Positions 1 to 12,623 of a stretch of DNA of 64,000 bases are shown one piece after another. Source of the stretch: Lytechinus pictus (lineage: Eukaryota); NCBI RefSeq assembly GCF_037042905.1, contig NC_087251.1:13394001-13458000 (forward strand), given 5' to 3'. The notes under the pieces were generated by a model that worked only from the letters and a program-made list of their open reading frames with translations, was not told where the DNA came from and did not search any database. Each line of letters starts with the position of its first letter. Within the stretch, counting starts at the first letter, position 1. The translations under genes and the position numbers were made by a program.

Positions 1-1124
1 TTTTACATAATAACCCATACAATCATGTTTTTAAGCCCTGTGTCTATTACAGCTACCTGTCTAATAAGCACTTTCTGGATATGAAATTACACATCACAGC
101 ATACCAAGACAAGACTTTTTCATGCATTTAGCATTGAAAAATTGAATAGTTGTTCTCCTTGCAGCTAAACATAGGCAATCAATCAACTGGAGTCCATCTT
201 GACCATCAGATAAGTCCATTATATCTTAACCCCTTTGAAACAATAGAATACTTGAAGCATACATTTTACAATGTTTTATTCTTCAAATATTTCTTGGTAT
301 CTTTCATCGCTGCATAATGGATTATATAAAGATTGGTAAAAATATATACTTTCCTTCCATATTTTTTTTTTCAAACAAAAGATACATGTATGTACTTGCA
401 ATAGAAATGAGCACATGAGATTTTTTTACTCATACTTAACTTATGTGTTTAACGTGATGCCGATAATTCTCAATCAAATGTCATTCGGCTTAACCACAAA
501 ACATGGTCACTCAAATGGTTTACTTGCATAGTAAATTAAAGACAGTTTGAGAAAAAAAATAGTCCATGAAAAGCTTTTATTTGACAAAAAGGGACCATAC
601 AAATGTTAGTGAAATCACCATTTTAGAATTACCCCCACATAATATGAATGAATATTAGTGAATCTAAATGGAAAATCTACAATTTTTTTTAGGTCAAGGC
701 TGGTCAGCAGTTTATTGCAAATTCTATTAACATGATTATGAAAATTGGAAAAACATAAGAGATTCCTTGTAAGTACTTCATGCTTCTTCCCTGAGTTGGT
801 GTGCAAACTATCATTAATACTTGATCAGCTTATGAAGCACTGGGACTTCAATGAGTTTCTTCAGTTATGTTAACACGACATCCAAACTTCAAATGAAGAA
901 TATACAATTAGTTGGGGGAAAATGTGTAAATTTTCAGCATCAAATGCAATTTTCCCTTAAATCAATTTCATACGTGTGACATTGGCAGTAAGAATATTGC
1001 AGAAGACATTTATAGAAGAAATGGTCTTGATGTTGTTATGTGTTGTCAAAATCATCATCTCTCGGATGAGACTAAGAGTGGACCACGTAAGCTAAAACTA
1101 AGAGACTGATCATTGTGCATATCT

Positions 1125-1290
1125 GATGATGATAATAATAAAAGTTATAATAATAATAACAATTTTCATCATCATCGTGGTGATTATAGTTATAATGATA
1201 AGGATGATGATAATAATCATAATAATTATAATAATAATCATTGTCATCACCATCATCATCAACATCATGATCATAATGATTATAATAAGA
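1125..1290. repeat. Degenerate (AAT/ATC)n trinucleotide microsatellite
   Basis: Runs of ataataatc/atcatc; explains the poly-I, poly-N and poly-H ORFs listed at 1072-1368. Confidence 0.95.
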
Positions 1291-1299
1291 GCAATAGAA

Positions 1300-1530
1300 A
1301 TTACCTTTTTTTCCCCCAGGAAAACCACTTAAGCTGATCTTCCAGCGGGGTCTACATAACAACATCATAAATTATCATTACCCTTGATATTCTTACATAC
1401 CTGCCTATAGTACCTGGCAAGAAGGCAGAATGTCACGTTCTTAAGTATTTGGTACGACTTGGCTGGGAAATTGAACCCACATTTTCTGGTTCATATGATT
1501 GGATTTTATAATAATGAGTCAACACTCCCG
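1300..1530 (-). mobile_element. Decayed tRNA-derived SINE (Meta-domain-like)
   Basis: Minus strand reads GTGGGTTCAATTTCCCAGCCAAGTCGTACCAAATACTTAAG (B-box-like, then a core similar to the 17.4-kb copy); its 3' end abuts the microsatellite. Confidence 0.5.
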
Positions 1531-2888
1531 AGCCATGAAATGATGAGAATAATGTTTGTATGATTATGAAGTTCAAAAGTTATCAAAGAAATGAACACTA
1601 GTAATCTTTCTCTCTGAACACACTAGCATGCATTTGTTAAAGACGAAATAACCATCTCCCAAAAAGGTGATCTGTAATGAGAACACGACCAGAGAGGTGT
1701 TTAAAAAGAAGCTGCAGCAGTAAGCGCCGATGTGACAAGAATATGGCTGATTGCCTGCGACGACGACTGTCTGGCCCAAATTGGAGGGTGAATTGTGATT
1801 AATAGCACCTCACTTGAGTGGGTAAGGGATGGATTTCCACCCACGTCTAAGGGAAGTCAAAGGCTTGTTTATTCTAAAGAGGCGAGAAGACTACATTTCA
1901 CAAATGAACACGAGAATCAGCAATGTTCTCGGTATTTGTGTTTTCAACAAAACAGGAGGAGTAAATGAGTCATGCTCTCACTGCTTCAGAGATACATGTA
2001 TATTTTAAAGTAATTAGCAGAGTCATCATTTAAAACAATGGAATAAATGAAATAGAATAAAACTTTATTCTAAATCTAATATAATTTGGTGCTGTAGATA
2101 TTCATATTTATTATTCATCATTATTTATACATTTATTTCAATTTAGTTTCTTACAAATTGGGATGTATCTTCAGACATACATATGCAGCTGCTTTTCTCA
2201 TATGAATGAACAAAATGAAAAGTGGAATTAAAGAAGATGAAAGGTATCTTGCAAATTCTTCCACAAAAATAGAAATCTTGCAACTCTGTGCATACTAAAT
2301 GGCACAAGTGTTTTCAAAGTAACCAATTCTAATCATAACATCAATTTGAGGGCTGATGATTGTTGTACAGAAACACTCAATCAAACATTTTATGCAGAAT
2401 GTATTACTTTCCAAACAGTGGTTAAAAAGTAGACCTTCCATATAATGGGTCATGGAATGATTGCAAAACTTGATCAATGTCAAGCAAAGGCATCTTTGAT
2501 GATAAAAAGTTGGAGACATTCTTAATGGTGATAGTCAATCATAATATTTATCATCTCTATCTTCCCTTTGTTAATGCAGTATTGTGACAGGCTGATGAGA
2601 ATAAATTGGTCTAGTGTCTGGAGCAATTATTTGTATTATGTATTCATATGAATGAATGGATGTTTTGTAGGCTCTACAATATAAAACTTGAAAACCTTTA
2701 CTTTTTCATATGCATGAAAAAAAAATCTGTGTTTGAATTGGATACAAACAATGATTCCTGGAAGTATGTAACTACTGTACTTGTTATATGATCAAGCAGA
2801 ATTTAGTCTTTAAAGATAATGTTTCATCAATAATTATATCAACTATATCCTTTCAAATAAGCCTACATGTAATTCCAGATAATAATTA

Positions 2889-3462
2889 TTATTAACCGTA
2901 TCAGACATCTGAGCAGGGCAACTTTGAAACATTGTTGCCTGCTTAAGACTGGGATCAAATGGCCGGTCAATAAAATTCCAATTGTTTATCCACGGGCCCA
3001 ATTTATTGCCCGCTCAGGAAAGTCAATGAGAAAATGCGTGGAAATGTAGCGGGCAATAAAAGGCAGCGCTGACATCTGGGTATTCTACGCGTTTTTGCAC
3101 GCGTCCTTGAACCGCGTAGTGCTATACGTCATAATGGTAATCAAGTTGAGACAACGCCGGATACTGCGTCCCTAGGCCAGGGACGCGTCATTTCAATTAC
3201 GTCACAATGGTAAAGTTCAGAGGCCCAGTCTGCTCAACATGATAAACTAGATTCTCATTCTAAAAATTTGAAATATCTAAATTTTAACGATTTTTGCTCT
3301 AGATGTCTGATTTGGTTAATAATAGCAATATTGACTGGCCTGGGGGCGAAAGGACATATATCGCCCTCACTACATTGATATCACCCTCGTCTACGACTCG
3401 GGCGATATAAATCTAGTTTGGGCGATATATGTCGTATCGCCCCGAGGCCAGTCAATATTGCT
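2889..3462. mobile_element. Non-autonomous element with subterminal inverted repeats plus a terminal ~140-bp palindrome
   Basis: ttattaaccgtatcagacatctgagca (2889-) pairs with tgctctagatgtctgatttggttaataa (-3322); 3324-3462 folds on itself (agcaatattgactggcc...ggccagtcaatattgct). CpG-rich relative to the flanks. Confidence 0.75.
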
Positions 3463-3492
3463 TTAATATTTCAGGAAAGCAGTAATATTCAC

Positions 3493-3552
3493 AAATACAT
3501 TTCTTTCTAATAATGAAAACAAATACATTTCTTTCTAATAATGAAAACAAAT
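3493..3552. repeat. Short tandem duplication (28-nt unit x2)
   Basis: aaatacatttctttctaataatgaaaac repeated directly. Confidence 0.9.
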
Positions 3553-6500
3553 GCTTCTTTCTCTAAACCAGTTTTTGGTGTGCACAGGATTTAAAAAAAT
3601 CCTTTGAGCACATGGATCTATATATGTGCTCTGCATAATTCATTATTTTGCTCATCAATCCTGTTTAAAAAATCTCTTTTAAGTTTTAAGATTAAGTTAA
3701 TGCCATAAAAAGAATCACTATTTTCATTTGAGAAAACACTTATTTGGGTACTCAAATTATAGCAATATACCTGTTATTTCCAAGGCTTAGGATGGATCAA
3801 GATAGGAAAGCATAAATTGGTGCCCCGAACATTTTTTGTTTTCTTAATTTTTTGCATGACATTAAGACAATTGATGTTCAATGTATTCAATGATGTACAA
3901 ATGTTATATGTTACAACATGTTTAATTTACAATTGTTCTCTACCGGTTTCTACTAGAGTGCTTTTTTTTCCATACATCTAGTAAAAAAACTTCAATATTT
4001 AAAGATCAACTTCAGTTCTGTTCATGAATTGGATTTTTTGAAGAAAAAACTGCCTATAAGTGACTAGTAAATTCTTATAATGCTGTAACATTTGGGAATA
4101 ATCTTTTTATTCATTTTAAAAATCATTAAAACAACAAGTCTGCTGAAACTCTCATGCACTGCACACAGAAAAGCATAAACAAGACTATCACAAAATATTG
4201 TTCAGCTCCAATACTTCAGCTACATTTTTTGGTCATGTAGACAGCTCCTGGGTAGCAATCCTCCTTATTGGACATTGCTTCTACAAAGTTATGCCTAAAT
4301 CAAGTGAAAAGAACTTGAATGCTGAGATTATTTCTATCAAGATTTTCCCTTTAATCTGATGTTGAAATGATAGGCCTCTTCTACCACACAGTAAATGATG
4401 GGGAGCGAACCTGTGAAAGGGTTGAAGAGGACGGCATAGTCGTCAGCTCTGATTGAATTATGGATGTGGTCTGTGGATCAGCAAGGGAGCCGATCAATTT
4501 ACTCCCCCATCGCAGCTTGCTAAACACACAGGGGTAGGGGTAAGGTGGTGAGGGGGCATGACAAGTGATTGATGGAGAATGGGGTGCGCTTATCATACAA
4601 ATCAGATATTTGACAGTGTGAGGGAGTGAAGGGTCATGTTAAATGCCTTCAAATCAGCTTACTGCCTTACTGAAGTGAGATGAAAAAATAATCATAGGGA
4701 AATCATGAAAGAGGGACCACATACAGTGATTTCTGCTATGTGGAGATGCATACATCATGGGTGGAGAAGGATAATGTAGAATTCGAGGAGATCTTGTCTG
4801 CCATCACAGCTTGCTATGACAAACAAGATGATGAGGGGATTGTAAGAGTATCAATCAAAAGTGAAGAAATAGGACAATACTGTGTCAGGCAAAGGAATAT
4901 TAAAGATCACCAAAAAAAAATCTTGAAAGGATGCAGTGGCACCATCAGTGATGAATGTGTGAGAATGGTAGGGGGCAAATGGGAAGGGGTATAACAGTAA
5001 AATTTACAATGAAATTCATTTTCAGTGTGCTATTGGGATGGGGAATAAAATTTGCACAACCATCACTTGAGTGACATTCACCATTGTGGTGAGGATCATG
5101 TATATGAAAAAAAGGGGCTTGAAAATAGAAAAGGTCAGGTCAGGGTATGAAAAAAAAATTGTGGATAATTTGAAAGCTATTGATATTTCATGCACCCTCC
5201 CTATATATTTCATGATTTTTGGTTTAATTCTTCAATTTGAAAGTCGCCAGCTGATACATCAAAAGTCAGGACTCAGTTTCACTAGTATGTTAAGAGTTAA
5301 AAAATAATTTATGATTGATCATGAAGAGAACAAATGTATGCAACCTACAACATGTGGGTGCTCATTCTGAGGGTGGTCATCACATCTCATACATCACCAC
5401 AGAAGGGTTTGTAGACATTCCTAGACAGTGATGTATGGTGAAAGATTGGAGGGTCAACAATGAGAAGGAAAAGAAGGATGATATATCATACGCTAGAGAC
5501 ATCTGTATTATGAAACACACATATACGATAAGGGTTCAACAAAAAGATAAATGTCACATGTAATACATGCAGTATTTTTAAAACAGAGAGGAAATTAGAA
5601 TGAAAGGCAATTGAAAAATTGCTTTTCATATATAAAAAGTTAGATCTAATGTAGATGTGAAAGAACTGAAAAGTGAAAACAATTGGTTTTTCTTGTCTAA
5701 GAATATATGATGAAGGAGTATTTAATTAATATAATTTATATTAAATGTACTATATATATATATATAATATTATAGAATGATAAATAATTAATGCAAATAA
5801 ACTGATAGACATCTCATTAATTGTATTTTACAAGAAACAGAGATTCTTGGCCATTATAAGTGTAACAATAAAGTTACAAAAGCAATAATTACAAGCACAA
5901 TAATAGAACCCAAAACCTGTCAAAGCATGTGAAAAAATGTATTAAGTTGTAATCGGAAAAAAAAGTTTTCAAATGATCATCCATGGCTATCTTACCAAGA
6001 TATGAAAGAAGTGGCAAATCTTTAAATAGTTCAAACATGATAATAACAACAAATTACAAAAATTAGTTTTGAATTTGTGGAAAGAAATTAAAATAATGAT
6101 AAGGTGAAAGAAAAGGAAAGGCAGAGTTGAATAAAATTGGAAGAAAAATAAATAAAGAGAAAGATTCCCAGACACTCAATGATATATTTTTTTGAAGGAC
6201 CAATATTTGAGAATTGATTTTGAACTCCATTTTCTGAGAGATGTATATGTGTGACTATCTCATGAAGATGTGGAAGTATTAAACAATTATAGCTCTTTTA
6301 CCATGCCAAAATAATTGCTGCTCTATTTTTTTATGTATTATACTGTCATTATTGCCATCTTTGACCAGATAAGATAATTTTCAGGGATATCCAAAATAAA
6401 GATAAGTGATGAATATTTTATATATATCTATAAAGCAAATTTTTGTACATGATTTTCCAGACAGGTTACATTCCTACTACCTTATACTTGTATGTTACAG

Positions 6501-8147
6501 AGCCCTGACATCATGAATCAATAGGAGTATAAGATTACCTGAAACCCCTTCAACTTATAAGAAATCAATAGAAGCTGTGATTACACTGCATTTTTTAAAC
6601 AAAGTGATAGATCACAGCTGCTTTTACATGCAAAAGGCACGGGACTTAAGATACACAAAAAAAAGCCTTGTCACTCATTTTCGTGAATTTTCACATGAAA
6701 TGACAGATCTCAGTGGCACACAAACATTTATGAAAAAACTCCACTCGTCAATGTGTACAATCTTGGTGACTGTTGTGCAAAACAAGTGCGGTTCAAGATG
6801 TTAGTGAATAATGTAAATTGATATTTTTTAATGGAAAACTCAAAAGAAAATGTATTTCCTCACTCTGTGAAATCAGGGACAAATACATATATGTATATTT
6901 CAGATAAGTTTACATTTTTTTTAATAAGGAATCCAAACTTTGCAAATAATTAAATGAATGTTTACTTTTGATCTACCAAAACTCAATTACAGGCTTTAAT
7001 GAAACATCTGTAAATAAGACTAATGAATATTCCATCTGATCTACTTTGCATGCAAAGTATTTCTACCTCCCCAATCTACCCTCTTCTTAATGGATTACTT
7101 AAAGAGCTGACCATACAGACTAAGCGCAAGTACTCTTCATTAAATGAATAGCTTTGAAAATCACTTTTTACAGCTGGTAACTTCGTTAGGCATGAGCAAT
7201 GAAGACATACATGTATGCTTCTTCTATACTTGTGAAATGTCAATCAATGGCAGGGGTGAAAATCTTGCATACAACACGGAAAGTGTACATGTGGGACTAG
7301 GCATCCTGGGCATAGATAAAGGGAGTGGGGGGATCTCTCATAATTTCATAACCAGACTGGAAATCTGCATTTATTTTACTGGTACGTATGAATTACAAAC
7401 AACTCCAGCTGACAATAGAAATAAAATGACACATTTTCCCGCTTTCAACCTTTTGTTAAACATTCACTGAATAAACAAACCTACACATTACCCCTAAAAT
7501 CATTGCACAGTACCATTTCATTGATCAATATTATTTTGCAAATATACATGTATTTCATTATTCTTCTAAAGAAATAGTATAATTCAAGACTATAAAGAGG
7601 TATGAATGGATAATAAAATTAATAGTCTCATATCTCTGCAATGTAATGTAGCCTGTGTCAAATTACCAACTCTGGGCTCACTACAAAATTACAAGATTGG
7701 CTTAGGTAGCCATGGTATAAGCACACATATTACTTTACATCAATCAAGAATTAAAGTAAAACATGCTGGCAGTGCGTGTAAATGGGGGAGAAACTCGATC
7801 AGGGATTACGAAGCACTTTAAAAAGCATATGCGGATGTTGTAGAGTCTCGGTGTGCACAGAAGGCTGCATCTGTTCAAATATGCATTGGCTGTTCAAGCC
7901 TATTTTCGATTCCCTTGTCTGTGATTAGAGCATTCTTCAAATGCCACACGCATGTTCATTACACGGCTGCAGATGAAACATACGTCTCCTTTCATACTCA
8001 AATGTCATTCTTCCCATTTCTATCCAGGACTTCAATAAAGGAATGAAACCTTTGTGCTACATGTACATACCATGCTAAATTTATCCACTTATATTCCTCT
8101 GTGTAAAGGGAAATACTAGTACACGTGTCTAATGAATGACAAGTTAA

Positions 8148-9563
8148 AGGGCAAGTCCACCTCAAAATGAAGTTTGTTTGAATGAAAAGAGAAAAATCAA
8201 ACAAGATTAATAACGCTGAAAATTTCATCAAAATTCGATGTAAAACACACAAAAATTATGACAACTTAGATTTTGGTTAATTTCACAAAACAGTTATATC
8301 TATATCCTGGTCAGTAATTTAATGAGGTAACCAATGATGTCACCCACTTGCTATTTCTTTTGTATTTCATATCATGTGAAATATGGAATATGTTAATTTC
8401 CTCCTAATTGTGATTTAAAACTATTTCCTGACAATGTTGAAATGTCACTGTAAAACTACAGTGCGTCCCACAAAAAATGAAACCGAGAATTATCGATGAT
8501 TTATCATAACTTAATCGCAAATACAATAGACAAATGACCTACCATTTTAAAGCTTAGAATCTCCTCTTTCATCTGAAATTACTAAGATTATTTCTCATTC
8601 ACGCATGAGTGAGCAAAAACAATTTGAAAAGGGGATACCAAAAAGTCACTTGGCGGGCCGTATCTGGGTTTTAAAAAGAAAACCACATTTTTTAAAAGTT
8701 CAATATCTGCTCTTTAATTTGATACCTCAATTACAGAAAATGGTCATGAAATAACAAAGTTCTGGTTATTTGAAATAAGGCTTAATTTCAATAATTTCAT
8801 AAAATGAAGAGGTTTTACAGGCTAGCGTTCAAACTCACTTGACACTCCGTTTTGTTGACGATCAGCCATGCATTAAGTCTTTTGTTACCGTGCGATAGCT
8901 TTAGTGGGAAACCGGTGAAAACACGTTTATTTAATGAAATTATGGAAATACAAGCATTGTTTCGAGGGATCATAACTTTTTTACTACTTGACCATTTTCT
9001 GTGATTAAGGTATCAAAGAAAAGAGAAGATATTGAACTTTTTATTCATGTGATTTTCTTTTTGAAATTCAGATACCCCCCGCCAAATGAGTTTTTGGCAT
9101 CCTTTCTTCGAATTGTTTTTGCTCAATCATGCGTGAATGAGGAATAATCTAAGTAATACCAGATGAAAGAGGAGATTCTAAGCTTTACATTGGTAGGTCA
9201 TTTGTCTATTTTATTTATGATTAAGTTATGATAAATCATCGCTTAATCTCAGTTTCATTTTTTCTTGGACGCACTGTATAGTAAATTTATTTATAAAATA
9301 TTTCCTTATCGTTAAATCTGTAATGATTGAAATATTGTATAATTCATAAAATAAAATACAAAAATGAGCAGGAGAGTGATATCATTGTCTCTCTCATTTG
9401 CATAACACTCTATTGTGTATTTACCTGCTTTGAAATTTTTTTGAAATTTCATAACTTTCTTATTTTACATAGATCCAATTTTTGATGAAATTTTCGAAAT
9501 AAAGCTTGTTTGATTTTTCTTTTATTGAAATCAGCTTTTTGTCTGGGTGGAATTCACTTGCAT
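8148..9563. mobile_element. TTAA-flanked non-autonomous DNA transposon (Kolobok/piggyBac-like MITE), interrupted by a Tc1-like MITE
   Basis: ttaa|agggcaagtccac ... gtggaattcacttgcat|ttaa; subterminal inverted repeat aaaatttcatcaaaatt / aatttttgatgaaatttt. Confidence 0.7.
8459..9276 (+). mobile_element. Tc1/mariner-type non-autonomous element with long TIRs (copy 1)
   Basis: TA|CAGTGCGTCC ... GGACGCACTG|TA; TA TSD; about 290-bp imperfect terminal inverted repeats; near-identical reverse-complement copy at 38428-39247. Confidence 0.92.
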
Positions 9564-11869
9564 TTAAAAACTTAAAATAAATTATATAAGAAAGTGTTTT
9601 CTCCCTTGCCAACCATATCAGCCCCTAAAAACTAGGGACATCAAACAGATCAAAATAGGAAAAATTTGTTCTCACACATCCTATAGTCTTGAAGGAAAAG
9701 TGGCCCCATTTAAATTCAAAATTCAATGGATATTCTGAGGATCATCAATCTCAAATCAGTCATGATATAAATGTGTAACTGTTTTTTGAAAGATTATAAG
9801 CTAGGTACAGTGGAGAAATAGAAATCTCCCAAGGTTACTTAAGATCCTGATGAATGCAAATGCAGGTTCCACTTTACTTAGAAGTGTAATATGACCCAAG
9901 TCTCGATGAATATTACATTGGGGCCAGAGTGACACACACCTGTATTTTTCTAGCAGCAAATGTTCCTAAGTACCAACAAAGAATGCATTTCATATATTCA
10001 GATTTTACAAAAAGAAGGCCTTAACTAGAAACCAGTGATTTTGAGAAAAATCATGCTAAATAACTATTTTTATCAGATAAATATAGTCAAGGAGTGTAAT
10101 ATTTCTTTTTATGCAAAAGTAAGCATGGTTTTCAGAAAATGGAGGATCTACTTGAATATTGCTTTGAAATTGAGAGGTAACATACTGATACACGTATATG
10201 CACCCCTCTTTGATTTTCTCATCTTCAATAAGCTTTTTACTTCAGCATAACTATACATCACTGATTATTTTGGTACCAAAATCTGACATTGGCCAAAATG
10301 TGAAGTACATGACTTGCGTCCTTCTGTTGGTTGAACCTTGATATAAACTTGTTAAATCTTTTGTCATACCGTTGGTTACCTTCATCTGCATTCAGAGGCC
10401 TTTCAGATGTCATGAATATTGAGAAAGAAGTGGTATTACTTTCAACTGGGGTGGAGGGGTGGGAAAGGGTTTGAGTTAGGACAAGGGTTCGAGTGTGTGC
10501 GGGTTTGGTACATTGAACCATAAAGACAGAAATAAATCACCAGGCATTGCATAACTATCTTGATATTAAAGTTGTAAAATCCTTTAAACACATTTTTTAA
10601 ACAAAAAATAGCTTAAGCATCATTTGTCACATTAAAGCGAGTGAAACATTGCAAATTACAGAAAACTACAACCGAGTACGCTGTAAACCCAATATAGATA
10701 AACACATGGGCTTGATTACCTGTCCCAATCTGAGAAAAAAAATACTAAATTTGGAAAGAAATCAGTACACTCTTGTCATCTTGGTGTTGGGACAATTCTT
10801 ATATCAGAATAGCTGCTTTAGCACCAAAAAAGATACATCAGCACCTGCACCAACATGAAGCTGGTCTTTGGAAAAACCTCAACGGGTATTGAGCTATCAA
10901 TGATGCATTTTATTTTCATTTACTCAAAATAAGTGCTACAGAAGGCAATTTAAATAGCGCTTCCAACAACGCCAACTCAAGCACCAACACCAACATCGAC
11001 ACTTAACTTGAAATCCCCCAATGTATCGATACCTACCCCTTCTACATGGTAGTGGGTTGTAATAATTTCACAGCTTGTGAAAGCATGTGACACGGCGACG
11101 TATTTTTATTCTACTGTTGAATTTACAAGCACAGTCGCTCCATGCATTTGACACTTCAGTCAAATCCATAGGGATTTGGGCCCACATTTATGTCAGCTTG
11201 AAATTGATCATGTCAACCATTAACAGCTGCAATGCAAGGTCCAGGTAAGAGTAGTCTACTCCATCAAAGGAACCATGCATAAACATTGTGTGCTGATCAA
11301 TATGGTTCTGGTGCAGTAAATTAAATGCTGTTAATCATTGTAGCTTCACGGTCAATTAACACGGAGCAGAGGGGTTTGCTGCATGGACCCTAGACGTCAC
11401 AAGTTGATGTGATTCCCATCTTAAACAATCTTCTTAACACCCATCCAATCACAAAAATACTTGTTAATTACAGGATTCAGACCTAGACAAGGCCTCAAAA
11501 TAATAATACATGTATTTTATTTGACATATTTATACCCGTCTGAACAGGAAAAGGTCACTCATCAAGAAAACCATTTCATTCCTATACAAAGAAAATAGGA
11601 CTACTTTAATATTTATTGCCTAAATATCTTCTATAATTTTCTTTCACATTTCAAATGTCCCTTCCACCTTGAAGATGCTGCTGAGAACAGAGAAGGATAC
11701 AGCAATTTTGAAAAGAACTACTTTGCAAGTACTTTTTCTAGGATTTTACATGCAGAATTCCTGACTTCGTCAGTCACCTACTATATTCTCACACATGTAT
11801 ACAATTTACTAATATTACCCTGATACTATCGACTGAAATGAAAGCATTGAATGAGCAATTGTCTATTTA

Positions 11870-11914
11870 TAATGATGATTATGATAATAATGATGAATGA
11901 TAATGATGATAATG

Positions 11915-11950
<36 letters not shown>

Positions 11951-12430
11951 TAATAATGATAGGAAAATTATATTAATGATAATAGTAATAATAATATTAA
12001 TAATAATGATAATGACAATGATAATAATGATATTGAAAATAAATAACAATAACAATAATTAAGAGCAAAGTTGTACCGATTTTGAGTGAAATTATTTTAT
12101 ATTATGTATTTTCCCCTTATTTGTATGACTGTATGTAGTTTGTTGTATTTCTTTGTATGTTTTTTTTTTCTGTATATCCTGTAATAATGATAATGATAAT
12201 AGTAATGATTGATTATTGATAATTGTAATAATAGAAACAATATTAATAATAATAATAATAGTAATAATAATAATGATAATAATACTAATAATAATAATAA
12301 TAATGATAATAACAATGACAATAACAATAATAATAATAATAATAATACAATTAATAATAATAATCATAATGATAATAATAAGATTGATAATAATAATAAT
12401 GATAATTATATTAATAATAACGATGATTAA
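11870..12430. repeat. Two (AAT)n/(GAT)n microsatellite tracts within a ~370-bp tandem duplication
   Basis: Tracts at about 11870-12060 and 12183-12428, each followed by a similar unique segment aagag(c/t)aaa...taccgattt...gaaattatttt.tattatgtatttt. Confidence 0.9.
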
Positions 12431-12489
12431 GAGTAAAATGTTACCGATTTGATTGAAATTATTTTGTATTATGTATTTTTCTTCAAATA

Positions 12490-12623
12490 TGTGTGATGTA
12501 TATATATTCTGTAGAATTCATCTTTACGCTTTGATTTTGTATATTTCTGTGTATATGTAAATGCCAACAAGAATATTTTCCTAAATGGACAGAATAAAAT
12601 CAATTCTCAATTCTCAATTCTCA
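12490..12623 (+). mobile_element. Probable 3' tail of a non-LTR retrotransposon
   Basis: AATAAA followed by a short tandem tail (caattct)x3, as in CR1/L2/RTE-type 3' ends; no ORF remnant seen. Confidence 0.4.

Noticed and set aside
1072..1368. ORFs with poly-I/N/H/Y
   Set aside because: Translation of a trinucleotide microsatellite; the same applies to 12092-12452.
2650..2760. Minus-strand YEKVKVFKFYIVEP, spaced like the NCX CBD2 motif YEKxxxFxxxIGEP
   Set aside because: No acidic IDDEE segment, a T9 run upstream, the nearby acceptor puts it out of frame with exon 2, and no good donor; probably chance.
4411..4470. 60-nt phase-1 cassette reading DHIHNSIRADDYAVLFNPFT
   Set aside because: Weak donor (GTTCGC), short pyrimidine tract and phase incompatible with exon 2; the overlapping terminal-exon model is reported instead.
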